A stretch of 64,000 nucleotides of DNA from Sedimentisphaerales bacterium (lineage in GTDB: Bacteria; Planctomycetota; Phycisphaerae; Sedimentisphaerales; SM23-30), in NCBI GenBank assembly GCA_963666285.1, contig OY762711.1; one strand, written 5' to 3'. Each line of letters starts with the position of its first letter. Position 1 is the first letter of the stretch. A model generated the notes under the pieces. The model saw nothing but the letters and a program-made list of their open reading frames with translations. It ran no database searches and was not told the origin of the DNA. The position numbers were made by a program, and so were the translations under genes. Positions 53,021-61,594 of this stretch are shown piece by piece.

Positions 53021-53195
53021 TAGTTTTCAGCATGTCTTCTGGCTTTCGAGTCTTCCTACTTTACCTGGCCTTCCCATCTTTTGACAGTGACATAGATCAG
53101 GTTTTCGTCGTCGATTACAGCGGCGGGACCGCGACGGATTTGCACCGTCTTCCATTCAAGAGCAGTTGCTCCCGGGCTAATGCCGCTGAAAACTA
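53021..53195 (-). ncRNA. Cobalamin riboswitch
   Basis: Minus strand: P1 TAGTTTTCAGC/GCTGAAAACTA; GGAA..GGTGCAAATCC..GCGGTCCCGCCGCTGTAA; GTCACTG..GGGAAGG; B12 box AAGCCAGAAGAC. Confidence 0.93.
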
Positions 53196-53340
53196 TACTT
53201 ATAGAAAATTTAGATTGTACAAAGAGATTTAGTATAACATTTATACATAAGCTGAAAAATCTATAAGCAAATATTAACTTGTCATTGATCTGGCGTGATG
53301 ATATCACATTTATATAAATATCGTCAAGGGCAAAAATATA

Positions 53341-53443
53341 TTTATACACATTGTGTATGATTTCGCCTGATCGCTCGCAAGGTAAGTGGCGACAATGTAG
53401 TCACTTATACCACGCTCGAACGGGCATTTTCAACTATTATGGG
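53341..53443. repeat. Family-C ~100-bp dispersed repeat, copy 2
   Basis: Colinear with 32915-33014. Confidence 0.7.
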
Positions 53444-53455
53444 AATAGAATTGAA

Positions 53456-54892
53456 TTATTCTTCTTCCTGGCTGCGCTGTTCGAGTGCACGGCGAAGGAT
53501 CTTGGCATATGATTCAGGCATGATTTTTTCTGTATTGCATACAACATCATACTGGCTGGTATCGTGAATGTCCAAACCGACAAAGTCTTTGGTAAAATGA
53601 TAAAGTTCCTTGTCTGCTTTTTTAACCTGACTTTTCGCTTCTTCCAGTGTGACGTTATTAACCTTGGTCATACGTTTGGCGCGAATATCAAAAGGAGCTG
53701 TTACAAAAACACTCAGCCCTTTCTCGCGCGGCAGGAACAGTCCGGCGGAGCGGCCGAGAATAACCGCGGTGCCATGTTTGGCGATAACCATTAATGTTTC
53801 ACCTAACTGCTTCATAAATTCGCTGGTTGCTATCTTTTCTTTTGACGAGAAAAGATTTGTCAGTTTTTCACGGATACTGCTTCCGGTCTTTTCGTCAACT
53901 GTTTCCAGGGTTTTTACATGGACATTCATATTTTCCGACATGTAGTTGAGTATCTCACGATCGTAGAGATCCCAACCGATATCATTAGCCAGCATCTGGG
54001 CAATGTATGCACCGCCCGCTCCCAGGTCTCTACCGATGGTAACATAATCGATATTATTACCGTCTTCCAGTTTTGCCGGCAATTGAGTTGTTTCCCCCTG
54101 GCTTTCTTTCTGCCAGCTAGAGAATTGCTTCATTACAAACTCGTCGATGTCCTCGCCTCGTTCGATCATATCAAGCTGTTGCTTCTTACTGGCAATTTTT
54201 TGATCAAAACCTCTCCAGATCAATTTTGCAACTGATAGCGGAGATAGTTTTTCGGTATTGAATATCATATCGAAAGAGTGAAGGTCAAAAGCATCTTTCC
54301 AAAGAAAATCTTTGACAAATTTTCTTTGATTATCGTCAGCCTTTTTAACTATATCTCGCGCTTCAGAAATTTTGATCTTGTTTTGCTGGGCTATGCGTTC
54401 AGCGCGCAGTTCAAATGGGGCGGTAATACGGACGCTTAAGCCATGGTCGCGTGGTAATATTTGGCCAGCTGCCCGTCCGACAATAATGGCACGACCATGC
54501 TGGGCGATTACTAAAAGTGCTTCAATTAAGTGTTTATAATAACTGTACTGGTCAAGGTGTTCACCTTGTTTACGGTTAGAGAAAAACATGCTGATAGAAT
54601 CTTCGATCCAGCTTCTAGTCCGTTCATCAACTGATTCGAGAACATCAGTATGAACGCCAAAATTTTCTGCCATGAAGTTAACTATTCGTTTATCAAAAAC
54701 ACTCCAGCCCATTAGTTTGGCAAGTTCTTCAGCAACGGTTTCGCCGCCGGCACCTATCTGTCGGCTAAGGCAAATGTAGTTGACCCTCGCACCATCTGCC
54801 AGATGGTGAGCTTCAGCTTCGCGGCCCTCCTGCCATTCCTTCATTCGGCGTTCAACGGTTTGCGTAAAGTTGTCACCAGCAAAAGCACTCAT
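53456..54892 (-). CDS. Protein with two tandem cytidylate-kinase-like (Cytidylate_kin2) domains
   Basis: SRQIGAGG...IVGRAA...TAPFELR is repeated as GRDLGAGG...ILGRSA...TAPFDIR. Confidence 0.85.
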   Translation of the reverse strand: MSAFAGDNFTQTVERRMKEWQEGREAEAHHLADGARVNYICLSRQIGAGGETVAEELAKLMGWSVFDKRIVNFMAENFGVHTDVLESVDERTRSWIEDSISMFFSNRKQGEHLDQYSYYKHLIEALLVIAQHGRAIIVGRAAGQILPRDHGLSVRITAPFELRAERIAQQNKIKISEARDIVKKADDNQRKFVKDFLWKDAFDLHSFDMIFNTEKLSPLSVAKLIWRGFDQKIASKKQQLDMIERGEDIDEFVMKQFSSWQKESQGETTQLPAKLEDGNNIDYVTIGRDLGAGGAYIAQMLANDIGWDLYDREILNYMSENMNVHVKTLETVDEKTGSSIREKLTNLFSSKEKIATSEFMKQLGETLMVIAKHGTAVILGRSAGLFLPREKGLSVFVTAPFDIRAKRMTKVNNVTLEEAKSQVKKADKELYHFTKDFVGLDIHDTSQYDVVCNTEKIMPESYAKILRRALEQRSQEEE

Positions 54893-55134
54893 TTACTATG
54901 CTCCAATTCTATATGTCTTATTAAATAGGCAGCAGCTTGTATATGGTTGCTGTCGTTCATTTGGTTAATTGTTCAATAGCAATATTATTGCGTTTTTGAA
55001 CAGCTTTGTAAAACGGTTTATTATGAATATTATCAGTCTTAATTTATAACCACTTTAATAAAAAGATGTTATATAAATAAAATGCTAACCTTTCCTTGGT
55101 TGTACCAAACCTTGTTTTTGAGGCAAAAGTTAAA

Positions 55135-56085
55135 TTACTCCAGGGGTATAGGACCGTTATCATATCCGGTATCATTAGGATTTTGCGTACCAGGCTGAAT
55201 TGGCTGTACGGGAACAGGTGCTCCTGTCTGGGCAGCTTGTGGTACCACAGGAATCTGCTGGGATGGTGCCGGCTGATGAACCGGGTGCAGCTGAGCCAGC
55301 GGGTTAATTGATTTCCACTCTTTAGCCCTGGCTGAAATTTGCTTAATTGCCTGGCTGCTTCTCCATTGAGAGATTAACAGCAGGATAACTGCAATCCACA
55401 TTACCATGAACCTGGAATAATAAGAAAACGACGAAGTTTCTGTCTTAGCTGAATAAGCTTTGATAATGTCGTTAAAATTGTAAAGTACGGTTGGTATGCC
55501 TGACATTACAGATTTTTGCCAGGGCAGGACAAATAAAGTTGCTACCAGGGCAAAGAAGAAAGCATTTACCGAATATGACATTCCTCCCAGGCTTCCGGTT
55601 AATGTTAGCTGGATGCATAAAAACAGGCATATGCAATACATTATTATTGAGAATATTACTATAACTCTGGCTATCTGAATTGTTTTTAGCAGGATATTTT
55701 TGATAGTAGATTCGTTTTCTTTTGATATTACTGTCGAAGCTTCTTTCTCTTGTGTTGTTTTTTGTTCTTTTTCTGGTACTCCCAGATCCTGGCAGAAACT
55801 ATATGCCGGCTTGAAACTGCATAAAACGAACCCTTTGGGGTGGCTTTGTGTGTTAACAGAGCCGCCGGGCATGGTATCATTTATTTGTATGTTTTCTTTT
55901 TGGGGAATTTCCAGTGCATTATCAATTGCACCCTGGTCTACAGCCCAGAAAACAAGCTGAATAATGAGTAAGCCCGCGATTGTTATCAAGAAAAACAAGT
56001 TTCTTGCAGCAGAAAAACTATTAAATGCGTCTAAAGCGTCATGTCTGAAATGCCACTGAGTTAAACTGTCCTGCTCATAGTTCAT
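55135..56085 (-). CDS. Hypothetical membrane protein with a Pro/Gln-rich C-terminal tail
   Basis: Four hydrophobic segments; 316 aa; AAGG RBS. Confidence 0.75.
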   Translation of the reverse strand: MNYEQDSLTQWHFRHDALDAFNSFSAARNLFFLITIAGLLIIQLVFWAVDQGAIDNALEIPQKENIQINDTMPGGSVNTQSHPKGFVLCSFKPAYSFCQDLGVPEKEQKTTQEKEASTVISKENESTIKNILLKTIQIARVIVIFSIIMYCICLFLCIQLTLTGSLGGMSYSVNAFFFALVATLFVLPWQKSVMSGIPTVLYNFNDIIKAYSAKTETSSFSYYSRFMVMWIAVILLLISQWRSSQAIKQISARAKEWKSINPLAQLHPVHQPAPSQQIPVVPQAAQTGAPVPVQPIQPGTQNPNDTGYDNGPIPLE

Positions 56086-57665
56086 TATATTACCTTTCTT
56101 TTCGCCTTTTATCTAGTTTCGTAAGTTGCATTGTGGTAGAACCATTTAGTAATATGAATATGATATTACAGAGTAATACAACATTAATAAGTATAGCTAA
56201 CAATACGCGTCTTTACCATTATCGGGTATTTATATGAGTTATTATTTAGAAATACGGATTTTTATAAATTATTACCAGAAAATGCAGTAAAGGGTGTAGC
56301 ATGCATGTAATTGTAGATACAGTTCATATTAATATAACCGTTTAGTGCATGTATTCAGTAGTTGAAATACGATATGGGTAGAGTTTTAACTCTTATTATA
56401 GAGATAACTTCTTGCCGGGCTGTTATATGTGAACGAAAAAGGAATCAGAATGGTTTATTGAGGAGGAATACATATGCCCATATTGCATATTTATTAAAGA
56501 GGATACGTGTAGATCGAAAAAAAGAGGAGTTTAAGTTTAATTTAGCTATTTTTGTAAAGGGTTTAATGAAAAAAGCTTATCCTTTTTTAGTGTGAAGGTT
56601 CCATAATAGAATGATGTTTTTGTTTTTTAATTTCAATTGGAGGAATAAGAAGAAATGATGTATGAAACATTTGTTTACTATTTGGTGTGGTTATGAGGAC
56701 TTTATAAGTGGTGGTTTTTTAGTTATATGGAATTAGCTTTTAGATTATTTTATTAATTATATGTTTTGTTTAGAAGAGTTGTGATATTTATCATATTGAC
56801 GATAAATTATGCGCAAATAGACGTAGAATATATGTCATTTGCATTTATGAGAAGAAAACAGCAAAATATGATCGTTATTTTATCTATTTTACAACTTAAA
56901 CTGCATTAATCGTGCAAATATGAAAAATAATAACCGTTGTAATTTGGTTTATATTAGGAATCATTATTGGCAGAGAACTTCCACGGTCCGATAAAAGTTT
57001 AATATTCGATAATTTTTTATTTTTTTTACACACAAATACAAAATATTATGCATTTTTTATATAAGAATGTAAGTGCCTGTTTTTACAGATTATATGGAAC
57101 ATGTATTTTGCTCGTGATGTTTAAAGTTGTCAATTATAGTAAGCTTTTAAGTCCAATAACCGTAGTTTTGCAAGGTTGTTAACAGCTAGCCTGTGATTTT
57201 TTTTTAAGCTTACTTGTAAGTAATCCGATAGTACAAGTGCAAACAGGGGAAGACAAATAACCTACCTTGAGTAGCTTAAATGCCTGAAGCAAGTAATAAA
57301 AGTTGAAGGAATGATTTGAGTATTTGAAGAAGTTTTCGAGAAGAAGTGTTCTCATGCATTTTCAAAGAGAAATTGACCTTATTGGTATTTGAGCAGATTT
57401 GAGCCTGTGGCTTTTATAGCTGATGCCGGATTTGAAAAGTGATTTGTCCTCTAATTTTGAGGATTATAAAAAACAGAAGGCATTGGTAATAAGTAGTTGG
57501 CAGCCAGGAAGAGTTGGATTTAATACCAAATAATATTTGGTTTTGTTTTAGTATAAAAATGTAGAAGATGTTAGCGTATTTGCTGGCAAGCTTTCAAATA
57601 ATGTGGTAAGTTAATATTGCGAGCTTTGTTTTCCAAAGTAAGCGATACTGACGAGCTAAAAGAAT

Positions 57666-58697
57666 GTGGAAATTCAATTATTGAAAGCGTCACAAGTAGC
57701 TAGGAAAATCATGAGCAAGGACTCTTTTAAACAAAGAAAAGATAACATGAATTTAGCTGTAATAAATGAGAAGAAGAAGTTGGAAGGCTGGCCAGACATG
57801 GAGATAGAAAATTTTCTTCACTATCTATGTGTCGAAGGAGGTCTGGCCGGAAACACGATAATGTCATATCGTAGAGATTTGCGAAGGTTTACAACATTCG
57901 CGCAGCTCCGCGGTCTGACATTACCTAACCAAGTTACCCCGCAGACGGCTATGGCATTTGTCAAATGGCTGTCACATCCGGTCGACGATGATCACGCAAA
58001 ACTATCTGAAGCCACGATTGCTCGCCATGTTGTATCATTAAGAATGTTTATGCGTTATCATAAACTAATGGGACACACCAAGACAGATCTTTGCGACCTG
58101 ATGGAGACACCTCGTACCTGGAGTAAGGTGCCGCGGGTTTTAACAAAAGAGCAGGCAGAAACATTAGTATCAGCTATTGATCCGAAAGATGCATTGTATC
58201 TTCGCGACAAGGCACTGCTTGAACTCTTGTACGCTACCGGAATGAGAGCATCGGAAGCGGCAAACCTCAACTTGAACGACATCAATGAGAAGATTGGTTA
58301 CCTTCGCTGTATCGGCAAAGGTAATAAGGAACGAGTAATTCCTATCCATCAATATGCTCTTGACGTACTCCATGATTATTGTAGAAACCTGAGAATGGAT
58401 TTGACGGAGAAGACAAACTGTCGCAAACTATTTGTCTCCAAAAATGGTCGAGAATTATCCAGGATCGAGATCTGGCGTATTGTCAAGAAGGCAGCTGCGA
58501 AAGCCGGCCTGGCCGGAAAAGTAACCCCGCATACCCTGAGACATTGTTTCGGTACTCACCTGCTGCAGGGCGGCGCCGATCTTAAAAGTGTACAGGAAAT
58601 GCTGGGTCATGCGGATGCCAGCACAACCCAGATATATACCCATGTCAACCACGAACATCTGAGGAGTTTACATAAAAAGTATCACCCGATGGGTTGA
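57666..58697 (+). CDS. xerD: Tyrosine recombinase XerD (true start probably 57747 or 57798)
   Basis: LRDKALLELLYATGMRASE, GKGNKER, TPHTLRH, QEMLGHA..STTQIYTHV and HP terminus. Confidence 0.88.
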   Translation: MEIQLLKASQVARKIMSKDSFKQRKDNMNLAVINEKKKLEGWPDMEIENFLHYLCVEGGLAGNTIMSYRRDLRRFTTFAQLRGLTLPNQVTPQTAMAFVKWLSHPVDDDHAKLSEATIARHVVSLRMFMRYHKLMGHTKTDLCDLMETPRTWSKVPRVLTKEQAETLVSAIDPKDALYLRDKALLELLYATGMRASEAANLNLNDINEKIGYLRCIGKGNKERVIPIHQYALDVLHDYCRNLRMDLTEKTNCRKLFVSKNGRELSRIEIWRIVKKAAAKAGLAGKVTPHTLRHCFGTHLLQGGADLKSVQEMLGHADASTTQIYTHVNHEHLRSLHKKYHPMG

Positions 58698-58810
58698 CGT
58701 TATACCCTTTAATGTTGAGAATTCCTGAGTGAGTGTGGATATATTTCCTAGTAACCGGGTATTCTCAAAATGAGGGGTTTAAGCAGAAGCATCCCCCCCC
58801 CATTTTCATA

Positions 58811-58947
58811 GGGTACCTTGACAAAAAAATACTGCGGACGGCTTTCCCCAAACGATCCCCCCCTATTATCGTTTAAGCCCATATTCAAGCCAAACATACC
58901 ACCTAGTCCGCGATATAGTATCTTTTGTCAGGTACCCGTTTTTTTTT
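58811..58947 (+). ncRNA. Candidate rod-shaped structured RNA or long palindromic element
   Basis: Nested pairings GGGTACC/GGTACCC, TGACAAAA/TTTTGTCA, ATACT/AGTAT, GCGGAC/GTCCGC, GGCTT/AAGCC and AAACGAT/ATCGTTT, followed by T9. Confidence 0.4.
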
Positions 58948-59705
58948 GGTCGAATAGTTCAAAAAGTGTCAAGATAGTTTAAAGGTTAAAGGTGGTGTCG
59001 TGCGCGATTTTGACCAGGGCTTATGCCTAAAATTCATTTCAGTTTATTTTCGCAATTCAAAAATAATATGCAAATATGTCACAAGATGGCAAAAGTGCAG
59101 CAGCGGTATTTATAGTGAAAAGTGCGATCAAATTTTTTGTGCAAAATATATGAAATAAAGTTTATAAAACAGTGGTTTACCCGCATTTTGGCTAAAAAAT
59201 GCGGATTTGATAACTGCCTGCGGATGGCAGCGGAAGCGAACGTCGTGAAATTGCGGGTTTACGGCGGGCTGCGGCGGCGAACGGAGCGGTCGCGGCGGGG
59301 AACGGATTTTTATACAGAAACAGATAATAAATATGACCTGGCTAAAGGGATATCAGGCGGTGTTAATTTAAATATCGGGGAGGTGTGTCGCAGTGTGGCA
59401 GGCTTAGTGTTTTTAATATAACATATTGTATTTAGATATCTTACGGTTGTGAAGGATGTCAAATCGTTCGTTTTGTGCGATCAAAATATGTTGTATTTTG
59501 TTTCCTGGCGGTTTGGCTGATATTGTTGGATTTAGAGCTGGGATAATGGTGTTGGCTAAAAAATCTTATTTGTGGGCGGACCAGATGCCGCGGAGCGGCA
59601 TCAAAAGAGTAAAGTGTAAAATAAAAAGTGTAAAAAGGTTGTCTGGTCCTGTGATAAGTTGTCACATTATAGATTTAATGTTTTAACAAATAACAGGAGA
59701 CAACA

Positions 59706-60125
59706 ATGTTGGTAAGTAAACGAACTTATAATCGCTACAGCGAAGCCTTTAAATTACAGGTGGTAAATGATCTTGAATCTGGTAAGCTAAGCAGTATTTA
59801 TGAGGCTAATTCCCGCTATGGGATTTCTGGTACAACAACAGTAAAGAGTTGGCTAAGAAAATATGGCCGTAACCATTTGATACCAAAGGTGATACGCGTG
59901 GAAAAACTAGATGAACAAGATCATGTAAAGAAGTTAGAATCAGAGATTAAGCAGCTTAAAGAAGCGTTAGCAGACAGCCATATAGAGAATATTGTAAGTG
60001 AAGCCAGGTTTCAGGTTATTTGTAAAGAATACGGGCTGGATCCCGAGGAGTATAAAAAAAAAGTCGATACCAAACGGTTCAACAAGCGTCCGAGGCAACC
60101 GTTGAAAAGAAAGAGGAAAAAATAG
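59706..60125 (+). CDS. IS3-family transposase OrfA (HTH)
   Basis: RYSEAFKLQVV...YGISGTTTVKSWLRKYG plus coiled coil; A9G slippery run at 60054-60063. Confidence 0.92.
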   Translation: MLVSKRTYNRYSEAFKLQVVNDLESGKLSSIYEANSRYGISGTTTVKSWLRKYGRNHLIPKVIRVEKLDEQDHVKKLESEIKQLKEALADSHIENIVSEARFQVICKEYGLDPEEYKKKVDTKRFNKRPRQPLKRKRKK

Positions 60126-60154
60126 CGATAACTTCCTTATGCAAAGCTGTTGGC

Positions 60155-60940
60155 ATGAGTCGTCAGAATTATTATAAATCACATAAAGTTCGGCGCAGGC
60201 GGCACTATGAAAAAGACCTGATAATATCTTTGGCCAGGCTGGAAAGATCATTGCAGCCTGAGATGGGTTGCAGAAAGGTTTTGAAGCGTATAAAGCCCAA
60301 ACTGGCAAAAGCCGGTATTAGTATAGGGCGAGATAGATTTTATGAAACGATGTCAGAAGCAGATATGTTGATAGAGCGTAAAAAGCGAAGTGTGACAACG
60401 ACAGACAGTCGTCATAACTTTAAGACTTATAAGAATATACTGAAAGATGAAGAGCTTACAGGAGCCAATCAGGCCCTGGTAAGTGATATAACGTACATAT
60501 ATACAGATGAAGGATTTATGTATCTGTCGTTGATAATGGATGCATTTAGTCGCAAGATAGTTGGCTATGACTGTAGTGATAGTTTGGAAGCAGAAGGTTG
60601 TTTGCGTGCATTAACAAAGGCGATAAAGCAATTGCCCAAAGGTAGTAATACGATACATCATTCAGATCGTGGCAGTCAGTATTGCTGCCATAGATATATA
60701 GATAAGCTTAAAAGAAATGGGCTGCGAGTTAGTATGACCGAAGATAATCATTGTTATGAGAATGCCCAGGCCGAGAGGTTAAACGGTATATTGAAGCACG
60801 AGTATGGATTGAAGAATACGTTTAAGAAAAAAGCTCATGTTCATGCTGCGGTTAAACAGGCGATAGAACTGTATAATACCTGTCGTCCACATTTTGCTTT
60901 GGGATATCGTGTGCCTGAGGAAGTGCATATGGCGGCGTGA
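60155..60940 (+). CDS. IS3-family transposase OrfB (DDE), reached by -1 frameshift
   Basis: SDITY, HHSDRGSQY and ENAQAERLNGILK motifs; the -1 frame is open from the A9G run into this ORF. Confidence 0.95.
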   Translation: MSRQNYYKSHKVRRRRHYEKDLIISLARLERSLQPEMGCRKVLKRIKPKLAKAGISIGRDRFYETMSEADMLIERKKRSVTTTDSRHNFKTYKNILKDEELTGANQALVSDITYIYTDEGFMYLSLIMDAFSRKIVGYDCSDSLEAEGCLRALTKAIKQLPKGSNTIHHSDRGSQYCCHRYIDKLKRNGLRVSMTEDNHCYENAQAERLNGILKHEYGLKNTFKKKAHVHAAVKQAIELYNTCRPHFALGYRVPEEVHMAA

Positions 60941-61357
60941 TATATTCCTCCGTTCCGGTCGCCCTTCGGGCTCCCTGCACTACGGAATATATCATCAAAA
61001 AACAATAGTAAATAGAAACGGAAAGTGACAACTTTAAATCAGGACTTGACAGTGACACCGTACGGTACAGGACCTAATTTAAAAGCTGGCACGTGAGTAA
61101 GCATATATAGAACTTGTTGATAAATGGAGGGGGGGCGTTTTTTGCCGAGGGAGATGGAGAAACAGAGAGTTGCGGTAAAGATGTTTTGGTAATCTGGAAA
61201 TATTTGGTATAATTAAGGTTTGTTTTGGACAATTTGATTTTTCCCAGCGAATATGCTTTATTGCCTGCCGTGAGAAAGAACCACGATTCAGACCGATGGA
61301 CATGGATAAGAAGAGTTAGAAGAGAGGGGCGAGAAGCAAGAAGTTTAGAATTAAAAA

Positions 61358-61526
61358 TTAAGGCAACCTCTGAAAATTCATTTTGAGCGACTAGTTATTC
61401 TTTTGCCTGCTGACATGTGTCATATAAAACAGTGAATATAGCCCAATATGCACGATTTTATATTCCTTGTCAGCAACCAAAATCTTAAACTATCGCATCA
61501 AAAGCAATTTCCAGAGGTCACCTTAA
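61358..61526. mobile_element. 169-bp MITE-like palindromic element
   Basis: TIRs TTAAGGCAACCTCTGAAAATT / AATTTCCAGAGGTCACCTTAA (18 of 21) with further internal symmetry. Confidence 0.7.
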
Positions 61527-61594
61527 GAAATAAAGATTGGAAATGAGATAAGTTTAAAATTTGGGCAGAAGGAAAAAAATCTGGAGTAATAAAA

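Larger units (their letters stand above)
59640..61051 (+). mobile_element. IS3-family insertion sequence, about 1412 bp
   Basis: TG...CA ends; IRL TGTCTGGTCCTGTGATAAGTTGTCAC versus reverse-complemented IRR TGTCAAGTCCTGATTTAAAGTTGTCAC; orfA and orfB inside. Confidence 0.92.

Noticed and set aside
52927..53349. ORFs 52927-53232 (+) and 53056-53349 (-)
   Set aside because: They overlap the cobalamin riboswitch, which explains the sequence.
56086..57665. Replication origin
   Set aside because: AT-rich, but no cluster of TTATCCACA-like boxes and no dnaA, dnaN or gidA nearby.
57666..61051. xerD plus IS as a prophage or integrative element
   Set aside because: No phage or conjugation genes and no att duplication were found; the recombinase has typical chromosomal XerD features.
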